The notes under the pieces: generated by a model | What the model was told of the DNA's origin: nothing | Database searches by the model: none | What the model saw: the letters and a program-made list of their open reading frames with translations, nothing else | Translations under genes and position numbers: made by a program | Shown: in pieces, positions 1 to 9,252 of the stretch | Numbering within the stretch: the stretch's first letter is position 1 | Layout: the number at the start of each line of letters is the position of its first letter | DNA from: an uncultured Clostridia bacterium | Lineage (GTDB): Bacteria > Bacillota > Clostridia > Christensenellales > DTU072 | Direction: 5' to 3' | Length of the DNA: 64,000 nucleotides | Assembly (NCBI GenBank): GCA_944331875.1 | Contig: CALVJA010000012.1 | Coordinates: 638 to 64,637, forward strand

Positions 1-57
1 CTTCGCCCGTTCCTTATTCAGATGAAGCGCTATGCTTTTTACTTTCAGATACAGCAT

Positions 58-1464
58 TCAACACCTCTTTATAAGCCTGAGATAAAATTCCACCGCCTCG
101 AATATACCGCGGAAAGTGATCCTTTCGTCTACGCCGTGGACGAGCTTTCTTTCCTCGTTCGACATCGCCATAGCCGAGAAACGGTAGACCTTGTCGGATA
201 TCGCGCCGTAATGCCTGGAGTCCGAACACGCTATCATCAGATACGGCGTGACCACGGCGTCGGGGAACACTTCGTTTATTACCGAAACAAGCTTTTGATA
301 TTCCTCCCCGTCCGTCACCGACACCCTGGACGGCTCCGCGCCGCCGAAGTATTCTATCTTTACCCTGTCGTCAGCAAGCGTGTCCGTCAGGCGCTTTACA
401 ACCCCATCGCGCGTTTCGCCGCTGATGATACGGACGTTTGCAGTCATCTCGGCAGATGTCGGTATCACGTTGTACGCGTCCGACCCCTTCGCCGTCGTGA
501 ATGCGGTGGTGGTGCGCATCAAAGCGTTCATTTCGCCGCCCGATTTTTTGCCGATCATGTTCAAAACGGGCTTGAAAAGCCAAAGATTTGCAAAAATCAA
601 CCGGTACAGGAAGGTGGAATGCCTGCCCAATGTATCGAACATCTTCCTCACCGTCGGGGTGTAAACCATGGGGAAGGGATCGTTTTCAACCTTTACGCAC
701 GCCGCCGAAAGTATGCCTACGGGCGTGTGCGCGGGCGGCGCGGAGGCGTGCCCGCCGCCGGAACTTGTCGAAAAACGGATGTTCGTAACGCCCTTTTCGG
801 CGGTGCCCACGACCGCTATGCGCTTTTTGACTCCGGGGAATACGTTCTCTACGACGGCGCCCCCTTCGTCCACCACCAGCGCGGGCTTTATGCCGCGCTC
901 GGAAAGGAGTTTTACGATGTTAGGGGTGCTGTCGCCCTGCGTTTCCTCGTCGCCCGCAAACGAAAAATATATGTCGTTCGCGGGAACGAAACCCTCTTCC
1001 AAAAGCCTCTCCGCCGCCTGAAGGATGCCGTTCAAGGTGCCCTTCGTGTCCAAAGTGCCCCTGCCCCACAGCGTTTCGCCCTCGATGACCCCGCCGAACG
1101 GGGGACGGCTCCACTCGGAGTCCGCAGCGGGCACGACGTCGTAGTGCGCCATCAAAACGGTGGGGCTCACGCTCGAGCGCCCCGCCCACTTATACAAAAG
1201 CCCCTTCGGCGGAACGCGCTCCAGCGTCAGTTTCTTGTGAACCAGCGGGAACAGCTTAGCGATGACATCCGAAAATCTCGAAAACTCCGCCTCGTCCTCT
1301 TTCGAGGTATCGGTATAGCTGACGGTGCGTACCGTCACCATTTCCCTTAGCGCCGAGACCGCCTTTTGCCTGTCGAACTCGACCGGCTCCTGAGATACCG
1401 GAGCGGAGGGCGCGGGTTTGAACCTTAAAGCGCGGATAAGACATATCAATAGCAGCGTAAACAT
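58..1464 (-). CDS. M20/M25/M40-family metallopeptidase with hydrophobic N-terminal signal/anchor
   Basis: 468-aa ORF. Blocks MAHYDVVPA, LWGRGTLDTKG and FAGDEE resemble the metal-ligand blocks of M20 peptidases. N-terminus MFTLLLICLI is hydrophobic. GGGAGAG SD lies just upstream of the ATG at 1464. Confidence 0.8.
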   Translation of the reverse strand: MFTLLLICLIRALRFKPAPSAPVSQEPVEFDRQKAVSALREMVTVRTVSYTDTSKEDEAEFSRFSDVIAKLFPLVHKKLTLERVPPKGLLYKWAGRSSVSPTVLMAHYDVVPAADSEWSRPPFGGVIEGETLWGRGTLDTKGTLNGILQAAERLLEEGFVPANDIYFSFAGDEETQGDSTPNIVKLLSERGIKPALVVDEGGAVVENVFPGVKKRIAVVGTAEKGVTNIRFSTSSGGGHASAPPAHTPVGILSAACVKVENDPFPMVYTPTVRKMFDTLGRHSTFLYRLIFANLWLFKPVLNMIGKKSGGEMNALMRTTTAFTTAKGSDAYNVIPTSAEMTANVRIISGETRDGVVKRLTDTLADDRVKIEYFGGAEPSRVSVTDGEEYQKLVSVINEVFPDAVVTPYLMIACSDSRHYGAISDKVYRFSAMAMSNEERKLVHGVDERITFRGIFEAVEFYLRLIKRC

Positions 1465-1594
1465 TTATCTCTCCCGATGTTGATATTTTAATGATACCAC
1501 TTTCGCACGGCGTTTTCAATAGTTTACGCGCGCCCGCGTTGTTTTCCGCACATTCGCCGCCTGGAGGTGAATACGGTGTAGTGTACGGGGGCTT

Positions 1595-2191
1595 ATGATC
1601 TGTATAGCGGCAAACGATTTTCCGGAGATATTCTCGGCAGTGCACGGTACGGGCGCCATGCTGAACGAGCTGACGGCGCCGTATGTGCGACGCGCCGAAA
1701 TAAACGGGCGCGGGTTTCTGATAGCGGATGTCGGAGCCGCTCCCGAGGAAGTGGCGGCGAAAACGGCGCTTCTGATCAGACGTTTTTCGCTTTCCGGTGT
1801 GATAGGCGTGGGCGCCGCGGTGGGTACGGATATCCCGGACGGGACGGTCGTCCTCGCCGCCGTGTGCACAGGCGAAGGGCGCGAAAAACGGGGACTGTGG
1901 TCGGAGCGCGCTCCGGATAAATTGTACGGCGATCCGTCTATGCTGAGCATAGTCCGCGCCGCGTCGGGCGCGGCAAGACCGGCGAGGGCGTCTTCCGTCC
2001 CCGGCGCGTTAGATATATGGGATCCACCGGGCTACGCCGTTTACGTCGCGGCAAATATCATGCGAGTTCCCGCGGTCAATATAAAAGGGATCGCGGGGCG
2101 CGGAAAAAAGGACTACGCCTCGGGAAGACTTCCTGCCGCCATGAACGCGCTGGAGACGGCGCTAAGGGCGATTCCGCTCTTACCGCGTTAA
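1595..2191 (+). CDS. Divergent phosphorylase-superfamily (PNP/MTAN-fold-like) protein, function uncertain
   Basis: 198-aa ORF with a G-rich SD-like run before the ATG. The beta-alpha pattern GRGFLIADVGAAPEEVAAKTALLI..VIGVGAAVG recalls nucleoside phosphorylase/nucleosidase folds. I cannot see the expected catalytic acidic blocks. Confidence 0.4.
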   Translation: MICIAANDFPEIFSAVHGTGAMLNELTAPYVRRAEINGRGFLIADVGAAPEEVAAKTALLIRRFSLSGVIGVGAAVGTDIPDGTVVLAAVCTGEGREKRGLWSERAPDKLYGDPSMLSIVRAASGAARPARASSVPGALDIWDPPGYAVYVAANIMRVPAVNIKGIAGRGKKDYASGRLPAAMNALETALRAIPLLPR

Positions 2192-2220
2192 AAAAATTTT
2201 TTAACGCGTTTATATATAAG

Positions 2221-2262
2221 GGGCTCCCGAATATTCATATTCGGGAGCCCTGCTTTTTCATT
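2221..2262 (+). terminator. Intrinsic terminator between convergent genes
   Basis: Perfect 13-bp stem GGGCTCCCGAATA-TTCA-TATTCGGGAGCCC followed by TGCTTTTTCATTTTT. Confidence 0.7.
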
Positions 2263-2278
2263 TTTGTTTAGGGATAAA

Positions 2279-2926
2279 CTATCTGTCCGCGCGCGGGATA
2301 AGTCCGGAGGCGCCTATTCTGGAGGCGCCGGCAAGTATCAGTTCCTCCGCAAACCGTATATCCCTTATGCCGCCCGCCGCCTTTATTTTAAGGCTTTCGG
2401 GAGCGCATCTTTTGAACAATGCGACGTCCTCGACGGTCGCGCCGCCCTTTTGAAAGCCGGTGGACGTTTTGATATAATCGGCGCCCGAATCCGCCACCAG
2501 GCGGCAGGCGTCCGCTTTTTGTTCGTCCGTCAATAAACAGCATTCCACTATGACTTTCAATACGCGGTCGCCGTGAAGTTTTTTTAATTCTTCCAATTCC
2601 TTAAGGCAATACGCGTAGTCGCCGGAAACGAATCTTGCGATATTCAGGACGGTATCCGTCTCCGCGGCGCCCTGTTCCAAACAGTATTCCGTTTCCCTGA
2701 GCTTCGCCGCGGTGGAGTCGTACCCGTTCGGAAAACCGGTGACGACCGCTACCGGGACGCGCCCCGCGGAGCGGCGGACCGCTTCCCCTACGAACGACGG
2801 CGGCACGCACACCGCAGCGGTTTTATAGGCTATCGCTTCGTCCACCGTTTTTTCTATATCCTTCGCCCCCGCCGTGAGGCTTAGGCAGGTATGGTCGACT
2901 TTTGAAAGTATTTCGGATATCTCCAT
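2279..2926 (-). CDS. deoC: Deoxyribose-phosphate aldolase
   Basis: 215 aa. Class I aldolase blocks ADYIKTSTGF (Schiff-base Lys) and KAAGGIR. The start codon lies 1 nt after the ATPase stop. Confidence 0.9.
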   Translation of the reverse strand: MEISEILSKVDHTCLSLTAGAKDIEKTVDEAIAYKTAAVCVPPSFVGEAVRRSAGRVPVAVVTGFPNGYDSTAAKLRETEYCLEQGAAETDTVLNIARFVSGDYAYCLKELEELKKLHGDRVLKVIVECCLLTDEQKADACRLVADSGADYIKTSTGFQKGGATVEDVALFKRCAPESLKIKAAGGIRDIRFAEELILAGASRIGASGLIPRADR

Positions 2927-2927
2927 A

Positions 2928-5579
2928 TTATTTCGCTCTCTTTTTGTCTATGGCGTTTTCGATGAGCTTCTGCGCTTCCACCAAGGGGATTATGGCTATG
3001 GCGCAGCCTATCGCTATGAACCACTCGGCGGCGGTCAGCGGCGAGATATCGAATATACCGTGGAACGCGGGTATCAACGTGATGAATAGTATCAGCGCCG
3101 CGCCCACCAAAAACGATATGTTGAGCCACTTGTTGTCGAGTATGTCCTTGTGGAAGATGCTGCCATCCTGGCGCTTTAGGTTGTAGCTGTGGAACAGCTG
3201 TATAAGGCAAAGGCTTATGAACGCCATCGTCATGCCCACCTGCTCGTGGCTTGCGTCCAGGACGTAGTGCCCCAGGCAGAACGACATCATCACGAGTCCC
3301 GTCTGCATTATGCCCTGGATAATGATGTCCTTGCCCATCTTGCCGCGGAACAGGTTGCCGCCCGCTTTTCTCGGAGGCCTCAGCATGACGTCCGCTTCAG
3401 CTTTTTCTACGCCGAGCGACAGCGCCGGCAGACTGTCCGTCACGAGATTGACCCAAAGTATCATGATCGGTGTCAGGAACTCGAGATCCAAAAATACCGT
3501 CGCTATGAACAGGCACAGCACCTCGGCGATGTTCGCCGACAGCAGGAACTGTATCGCCTTTTTGATGTTCTGGAAGATCTTTCTTCCCTCTTCCACCGCC
3601 GAAACTATGGTCGCGAAGTTGTCGTCGGCAAGTATCATATCCGCGGCGCCCTTGGAGACGTCCGTTCCCGTGATGCCCATGCCGATGCCGATATCCGCTT
3701 CCTTTATGCTCGGAGCGTCGTTCACGCCGTCACCCGTCATCGCCACGACGTGCCCGAAGGAGCGGTACGCTTTTACGATACGCACCTTGTTTTCGGGGCT
3801 CACCCTCGCGAACACCGCGTAGTCCTTGATGACCTCGCGGAATTCCTCGTCCGACAACGCGTCTATCTCGGCGCCCGTCATCACTTTGTCGCCCTCGCGG
3901 AGTATGCCTATCTCCTTCGCAATAGCCGCCGCGGTGTCGCGGTGGTCGCCAGTTATCATTATCGGGCGCATGCCCGCGCCTATCGCGACGCTGACGGCGT
4001 CCTTGACCTCGGGGCGCGGAGGATCTATCATGCCGACGAGCCCTACGAAAGTCAGATCGTTTTCGACGGTATCCATGTCGGTGTTATCGCCGTATTTGAC
4101 CGCCACGCCCAATACGCGCAGCGCGCCGCCCGCCATTTCGGCGTTGGCTTCGTATATTTTTGCGACGTCGTCCGAAGTGATGGGGCGCGCTTTGTCGTTT
4201 TCGAGTATCGAGGTGCAGCGGCCTATCATTATGTCCGTCGCGCCCTTTACGTTCGCCACGCGTTCCGCGCCGTCGAAGTTCACCGTCGTCATCATCTTCC
4301 TGACGGAATCGAAAGGCACTTCGTCGACGCGCGCCCAATCCTCGCGGAGCTTATTAAAATCGCCGCCCTTGTCGATATAAAACTGCACCAGCGCCGTTTC
4401 GGTGGGGTCGCCCGTCAGGCGCCCCTCGCTTCCTATCGCGGTGTCGTTACAAAGAGTCATCGCCCTGACCAGCGTTTCGCGGTCGCAAGCGGGGTCGTAT
4501 TCCGCGTCGGAAACCAGGCCGCCCGCCGGCGTGTACAGGCTCCGCACCGTCATTTTGTTCAAAGTCAGCGTGCCCGTCTTGTCGGAACAGATTATCTCGC
4601 AGCACCCGAGCGTCTCCACCGCGGGAAGGTTTCTGATGATAGCGTTCCGCTTCGACATGCGCTGTACGCCTATCGCGAGTACGACGGTGACTACCGCGGG
4701 AAGTCCCTCCGGTATCGCCGCCACCGCTATCGCCACCGCCGTCATGAACGCCGCCATCCACTGGCTGACGTCGCGGATGAGAGCCGCGGCGAATATCACC
4801 AGCGCTATCACTATGACCATCAGCGACAATACTTTCGCGGTCTTGTCGAGCTGCTTTTGGAGAGGCGTCGTCTGGTCGCCGCCCTCTTCGAGCATCTTCG
4901 CTATCTTGCCGACCTCGGTGTGCATCCCCGTCGCGCACACGACGCCGCGACCCCTGCCGTACGACACGACGCCCGTGCCGTAAGCCATGTTCTTCCTGTC
5001 GCCGAGCGGCGCGTTTATGTCGATCCGGGCTTCCGCATCCTTTTCTACGGGTACCGATTCCCCGGTAAGCGCTGCTTCCTCTATCTTCAGCGAAGCGGAG
5101 TGGATGAGCCTTAGGTCGCACGGAACTATGTCCCCAGCCTCCAGCTGCACGATGTCGCCGGGGACTATCTCCTCGCTCTTTATCTGCATCAAAGCGCCGT
5201 CCCTTATCACCTTGGAATAGGGTTTGTTCATGTTCTTCAGCGCTTCCAAGGCGGACTCGGCTTTGTTTTCCTGCACCACGCCGATGACGGCGTTTATGAT
5301 GACTATCAAAAGTATGAGTCCCGATTCGAACAGATCGACATAGTTTTGGTTGACGATCGTGAGGATAGCCGAAACCACCGCCGCGGTGATCAGCACGATT
5401 ATCATTACGTCCTTGAACTGCTCGAAGAACTTAACGATGAGCGGCTTTTTCTTTTTGGAAGCAAGCTCGTTTTTGCCGTGCTCCTCCAGCCGTTTCGCCG
5501 CCTCCTCCGGGGATAGCCCGTCCTCGGATGCGCCGAGGTCGGACATCACTTCGGACAAATCTTCGGAATAATAGTTCAT
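2928..5579 (-). CDS. P2-type cation-transporting P-type ATPase (Ca2+/Mn2+ efflux type)
   Basis: Signatures TGES, CSDKTGTLT (phospho-Asp), PEGLPAVVT (P2-type M4 motif) and MTGDGVNDAPS. Start set at ATG 5579, preceded by AGGAGAGA. The track ORF continues to 5771, but that part is the riboswitch leader. Confidence 0.9.
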   Translation of the reverse strand: MNYYSEDLSEVMSDLGASEDGLSPEEAAKRLEEHGKNELASKKKKPLIVKFFEQFKDVMIIVLITAAVVSAILTIVNQNYVDLFESGLILLIVIINAVIGVVQENKAESALEALKNMNKPYSKVIRDGALMQIKSEEIVPGDIVQLEAGDIVPCDLRLIHSASLKIEEAALTGESVPVEKDAEARIDINAPLGDRKNMAYGTGVVSYGRGRGVVCATGMHTEVGKIAKMLEEGGDQTTPLQKQLDKTAKVLSLMVIVIALVIFAAALIRDVSQWMAAFMTAVAIAVAAIPEGLPAVVTVVLAIGVQRMSKRNAIIRNLPAVETLGCCEIICSDKTGTLTLNKMTVRSLYTPAGGLVSDAEYDPACDRETLVRAMTLCNDTAIGSEGRLTGDPTETALVQFYIDKGGDFNKLREDWARVDEVPFDSVRKMMTTVNFDGAERVANVKGATDIMIGRCTSILENDKARPITSDDVAKIYEANAEMAGGALRVLGVAVKYGDNTDMDTVENDLTFVGLVGMIDPPRPEVKDAVSVAIGAGMRPIMITGDHRDTAAAIAKEIGILREGDKVMTGAEIDALSDEEFREVIKDYAVFARVSPENKVRIVKAYRSFGHVVAMTGDGVNDAPSIKEADIGIGMGITGTDVSKGAADMILADDNFATIVSAVEEGRKIFQNIKKAIQFLLSANIAEVLCLFIATVFLDLEFLTPIMILWVNLVTDSLPALSLGVEKAEADVMLRPPRKAGGNLFRGKMGKDIIIQGIMQTGLVMMSFCLGHYVLDASHEQVGMTMAFISLCLIQLFHSYNLKRQDGSIFHKDILDNKWLNISFLVGAALILFITLIPAFHGIFDISPLTAAEWFIAIGCAIAIIPLVEAQKLIENAIDKKRAK

Positions 5580-5650
5580 ATATCTCTCCTTGTGTCGCGG
5601 ACGGCGTGCCGTCCCGTTTGACTTTCGCCGATTTTCCCCTTTTTTCGCCG

Positions 5651-5687
5651 GAAAACAAAAAGACTTCCGACCACTGTCAAAAGTCTT
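5651..5687 (-). terminator. Riboswitch expression-platform terminator (attenuator)
   Basis: On the minus strand, AAGACUU...AAGUCUU stem followed by UUUUUGUUUUC. The 5' arm of the stem overlaps the 3' P1 strand of the aptamer. Confidence 0.6.
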
Positions 5688-5762
5688 GACTGCCACCGGG
5701 GCGGCGCAAACCGGATTAGATCGTGATGGCGGCTTACGCACTTTCAGGCTACTCCCTTTTGA
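5678..5762 (-). ncRNA. yybP-ykoY (Mn2+-responsive) riboswitch-like aptamer
   Basis: Minus-strand RNA reads UCAAAAGGGAGUAGCC...GGCAGUCAAGACUUUUG. CAAAAG pairs with CUUUUG to close P1. GGGAGUAGC and CAAGAC match the two hallmark conserved strands of this family as I recall them. It sits directly after a sigma-A promoter and before a P-type ATPase. Confidence 0.65.
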
Positions 5763-5769
5763 TGAAGGC

Positions 5770-5798
5770 ATTATATCATACGCTTAGGACTTCGTCAA
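5770..5798 (-). promoter_or_regulatory. Sigma-A-type promoter of the riboswitch-ATPase-deoC unit
   Basis: Minus strand TTGACG-17 nt-TATAAT (-35 at 5793-5798, -10 at 5770-5775). Confidence 0.6.
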
Positions 5799-5807
5799 TA
5801 TTATTTT

Positions 5808-5972
5808 GTGGCGGCTCAAGCCGATTTTCGACTCAATAGGGCGCGTCCTTTCCGCTACGTCGTCGAAAACCCCGCTTGCTAAGACCGCAAGAGTATTAGC
5901 GGCGGGGGTTTTCTTAGACGTAACGAAAAATCCACTGCCCTATTGAGCCGAAAATCGACTTTCACCGCCACT
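5808..5972. repeat. Foldback element, copy 1 (inverted orientation relative to copies 2 and 3)
   Basis: Nested inverted repeats: GTGGCGG/CCGCCAC; a 23-nt arm GCCGATTTTCGACTCAATAGGGC pairing 21/23 with GCCCTATTGAGCCGAAAATCGAC; inner GAAAACCCCGC/GCGGGGGTTTTC. The core contains AGTATTAGCGGC, the reverse complement of the GCCGCTAATAC core of the neighbouring copies. Confidence 0.7.
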
Positions 5973-6009
5973 GACTGCTTACCAAACTTTCCTAAAAATT
6001 TTGTTAGAC

Positions 6010-6360
6010 AGCATAGTGTCGGTGAAGCTAAAATTTTGCTGTGATACGGTGATGGATCTCGGATACAGACGAAGAAAGGCGGTGCCGCTAATACCCGGAG
6101 GGTCTTGCGGCGCCGTTAGAAGCTTTTGGCTTGTGGCACTTAAATGATTGCGGCAACTCATGCATTTCAGCATTAGATTATTAGGAAGTATAGTGTCGGT
6201 GAAGCGGAAATTTTAGCGTTTTGCGGCAGGAGATTTTTCGTTAATGCGAAGAGAACTTCCGACGTTAATACCCGTAGGGTCTTAACTAGGAAGTTTTCAA
6301 AGCAGTAGCGGAAAAGATACGATGCAAAACGTTAAAATTTCCGCTGAGCCGACACAAAAA
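6010..6360. repeat. Foldback elements, copies 2 and 3 (tandem ~175-bp units)
   Basis: ATAGTGTCGGTGAAGC(T/G)(A/G)AAATTTT occurs at 6014 and 6190. Its inverted partner GTTAAAATTTCCGCTGAGCCGACAC is at 6331, giving a ~30-bp stem. Both units share the core TAATACCCG(G/T)AGGGTCTT. Confidence 0.7.
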
Positions 6361-6363
6361 AAA

Positions 6364-7836
6364 TCATGCTTTGCTCCAAGCCTTGGGATAGAAGAGAAGT
6401 AAAATGGGTATTATCTCGAGTCTTCCCATGAGCATTGTGAAGGAAAGCACTATTTTGGAAAATCCGGTGAGGTGCGCGAAGCTGTACATCGGACCGAAAG
6501 AACCGAGTCCGGGGCCAACGTTGTTGATGCAGGTGGCTACCGCCGAGAAGTTTTCCACAAGTCCCACGGAATCCACTTCGGCAAGCGAGATGAGTACCAA
6601 AGATATCACCGTTACCAGGAAATATCCGATAAAATAGTGTCCTACCGACGTTCTGAGCTCGTCCGAAAGCGGTCTGCCGTCCAGTTTTACGGGGAATACG
6701 CCGCGCGGCGAGTACACTTTTCTGACCCCCGCCACGGCGGATTTGGCGCCTATGACGATCCTGGAGACTTTTAACCCGCCCGCAGTGCTCCCGGCGGAGC
6801 CGCCTATGAACATCAATGCCAGCAAAACGACGTGGCAAAGCGTCGGCCATGTATTGAAGTCCGCCGTCGCGAATCCCGTCGTTGACATCACCGAAGCCGC
6901 CTGGAACGCGGCGTAGCGCAGCGATTCCCAGAAGTTGTCGTAAATATCGTATACCGTGAGGCTCACGGTCATCAAAAGCGTCGCGACCCCGAAGATTATA
7001 AACATCGTGCGGAACTCTTCGCTCCTCAGCGCCGCGGACACGCGCCCTATCAAAATGAAATAGAACACGTTGAAATTGGCGGCGAAAAGCATCATGAACA
7101 CCGTTATCACGACGTCGATATACACCGAATCGTAATACGCGACCGATATTCCCCTGTTGGAAAATCCGCCCGTGCCCGCGGTGGACATCGAAAATACCAC
7201 CGCGTCGTAAAGGTCCATTTTCGGAGAAGCGACCAGGAATATAACCTGCAAAACGGTGAGCGCCAGGTATATGCAATACAGTATGCGCGCCGTGAAGCGC
7301 AGCTTCGAAACGAGTTTGCCGAACTCCGGGCCGGGGACTTCCGCTTTCATCAGGTGCACGATCGCGGGACCCGTCTTCGGCAAAAGCGCCACCACGAAAA
7401 CCAGAATGCCCATACCGCCTATCCAGTGCGTCATCGAGCGCCAAAACAATATGCTTTTGGGCGCGGCGTCGATATTTGTCATTATGGTGGCGCCCGTTGT
7501 CGTGAATCCCGAGACCATTTCGAATATGCAGTCGATGAAATTCGGGATGACCCTGCTGATGCAAAGCGGCAGCGCGCCCGCTATACTCATCAATATCCAC
7601 GCCAGAGCCACCGTGACGAAGCCGCAGGAGGACGTTATATGCGTGTTTTTGGGTTTTTTGACGATAAACGGGATACCCGCCGCCAGCAATATCGCTATGG
7701 TGACGCCGAACCCCAGCGCGGTGCTCGACAGATCCTCGCCGTACCCGAACGTCATCAAAAAGGGTATAAGCATCAGACCCGCCGTTATGACGGCGATACT
7801 GCCCAGAATATACGATGTCATCCTGTAGTTCATCAT
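6364..7836 (-). CDS. trkH: TrkH/KtrB-family K+ uptake membrane subunit
   Basis: 490-aa polytopic protein with repeated pore-loop-like motifs GFTTTGATI, STAGTGGFSN, MSTTGFATADF and GGSAGSTAGGLK. Lies directly downstream of trkA. Confidence 0.9.
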   Translation of the reverse strand: MMNYRMTSYILGSIAVITAGLMLIPFLMTFGYGEDLSSTALGFGVTIAILLAAGIPFIVKKPKNTHITSSCGFVTVALAWILMSIAGALPLCISRVIPNFIDCIFEMVSGFTTTGATIMTNIDAAPKSILFWRSMTHWIGGMGILVFVVALLPKTGPAIVHLMKAEVPGPEFGKLVSKLRFTARILYCIYLALTVLQVIFLVASPKMDLYDAVVFSMSTAGTGGFSNRGISVAYYDSVYIDVVITVFMMLFAANFNVFYFILIGRVSAALRSEEFRTMFIIFGVATLLMTVSLTVYDIYDNFWESLRYAAFQAASVMSTTGFATADFNTWPTLCHVVLLALMFIGGSAGSTAGGLKVSRIVIGAKSAVAGVRKVYSPRGVFPVKLDGRPLSDELRTSVGHYFIGYFLVTVISLVLISLAEVDSVGLVENFSAVATCINNVGPGLGSFGPMYSFAHLTGFSKIVLSFTMLMGRLEIIPILLLFYPKAWSKA

Positions 7837-7840
7837 ATGG

Positions 7841-9193
7841 CTATTCTACCAAATCGTTCAGTTCGTCCGTGTATTCGCTGGCGGTCACGACGATAACGGT
7901 GTCTCCCGCTTTTATCTCGGACTCGCCGTCCGGTATGAAAACCTCTCCGCCCCTTATGATCGTGGCGACGAGCGCGTTGTTTTTGAGCCGCACGTTTTTA
8001 AGCGGCGTGTCAAGCGCGCGGAAAGACTGCTCCACCGTAAATTCAAGCGTTTCCGCGCGGTCGTTCATTATCCTGATGAGCTTTTTGACGGCGCCGCCCG
8101 ATTTCGAGCCGCTCCTGCTTCTCGCGAACCGCGCGATAAGGTCTGCGGTTATCGCCTTCGACGACACCACGGAGTCTATGCCCGACTCCTGCAGCATCGA
8201 ATAGTACCCGTTCTTTTCGACTCTCGCAATGACTTTTTTGGCGCCGCGGCTTCTGGCGAACAGCGACATTATGATGTTTTGTTCGTCCAAAGTGCAAAGC
8301 GACACGAATGCGTCCGTCTTCTTTATGCCCTCGTTGATAAGCAAAGTGTGGTCGGACGCGTCGCCGCATATCACCTCCGCCTTGTCCAAAAGCTCGGAAA
8401 GTACCTTGCATCTTTCCTCGTCCGATTCTATTATCTTGACTTTGACGCCCATGCGCTTTAAGTTTTTCGCAAGATAATATGCCACTCTGCCGCCGCCCGC
8501 TATCATAACGCGACGCATCTGTTTGTCGCCGGATATCTCCTTGAAAAAGGTACCTATGTCTCCGGACGCCGCGGCGATATACACGGTGTCGCGAGCGCGG
8601 AGCGTGAAATTGCCGCGCGGTATCGAAACGGTGCCGTCCTCTCTTTCCACGGCGCATACCAAAAACTTTACGGAAAAGCGCGTTTTGATGTCCTTGAGTT
8701 CCAGCCCGTCCATGACCGAGCCGGGGGCGACTTTTACTTCCGCGAGGCTCACCGAGCCGTCAGCGAAGGTCTCTATCTTTATCGCGGACAGATACTTGAG
8801 CGCCGACGCTATCTCCCGCGCAGTCTGGTATTCGGGGTTCACCATCATCGTCAGTCCCAGGTCGCGCTCCTTGAACAGCTCGAAGTACTCGGGGGATCTG
8901 ACGCGGGCTACTGTATCCTTCGCGCCGAGCTTCTTCGCGACCAGCGAACACAATATATTCAGCTCGTCCTGCGGAGTGCACGCCACGAACAGATCCGTCG
9001 TCGCTATGCCCGCTTCCTCCAAAACGTCGAAATCGGCGCCGTTGCCGACTACCCCCATCACGTCGTAAAGGTCAATGAATTCGGAAAGCTGTTTCGCGGA
9101 CGAATCCACCACGACGATGTCGTGTCCCTCTTCGGAAAGCCTTGCGACGAGTTCCTTGCCGACGTTTCCCGCGCCGACTATAACTATTTTCAT
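7841..9193 (-). CDS. trkA: Trk system NAD-binding peripheral subunit
   Basis: 450 aa. Two Rossmann GxGxxG motifs (VGAGNVG, IAGGGRVA), each followed by an RCK_C-like segment. Confidence 0.9.
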   Translation of the reverse strand: MKIVIVGAGNVGKELVARLSEEGHDIVVVDSSAKQLSEFIDLYDVMGVVGNGADFDVLEEAGIATTDLFVACTPQDELNILCSLVAKKLGAKDTVARVRSPEYFELFKERDLGLTMMVNPEYQTAREIASALKYLSAIKIETFADGSVSLAEVKVAPGSVMDGLELKDIKTRFSVKFLVCAVEREDGTVSIPRGNFTLRARDTVYIAAASGDIGTFFKEISGDKQMRRVMIAGGGRVAYYLAKNLKRMGVKVKIIESDEERCKVLSELLDKAEVICGDASDHTLLINEGIKKTDAFVSLCTLDEQNIIMSLFARSRGAKKVIARVEKNGYYSMLQESGIDSVVSSKAITADLIARFARSRSGSKSGGAVKKLIRIMNDRAETLEFTVEQSFRALDTPLKNVRLKNNALVATIIRGGEVFIPDGESEIKAGDTVIVVTASEYTDELNDLVE

Positions 9194-9252
9194 ATTCCGT
9201 ACCTCTCAACGAATGCGGGGCATTGCCCCGGAGTGAAAACCATCATAAAAAA

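Noticed and set aside
3189-5114. 641-aa plus-strand ORF antisense to the ATPase. Similar long antisense ORFs occur at 22-1350, 6332-7600, 16141-17184, 17250-18083, 34366-35295, 39888-41414, 45234-46502 and 53841-55352.
   Set aside because: These are shadow ORFs typical of GC-rich coding DNA. Their translations are Arg/His/Gly/Ala-rich and low in complexity with no motifs. Each fully overlaps a gene with unambiguous family signatures on the other strand.
5580-5771. The first 64 codons of the 947-aa track ORF for the P-type ATPase
   Set aside because: No SD at 5771. The translation is Arg/Pro/Ser-rich and not ATPase-like. The region contains a sigma-A promoter, the riboswitch-like aptamer and a terminator. 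ATG 5579 has an AGGAGAGA SD and gives a normal ATPase N-terminus.
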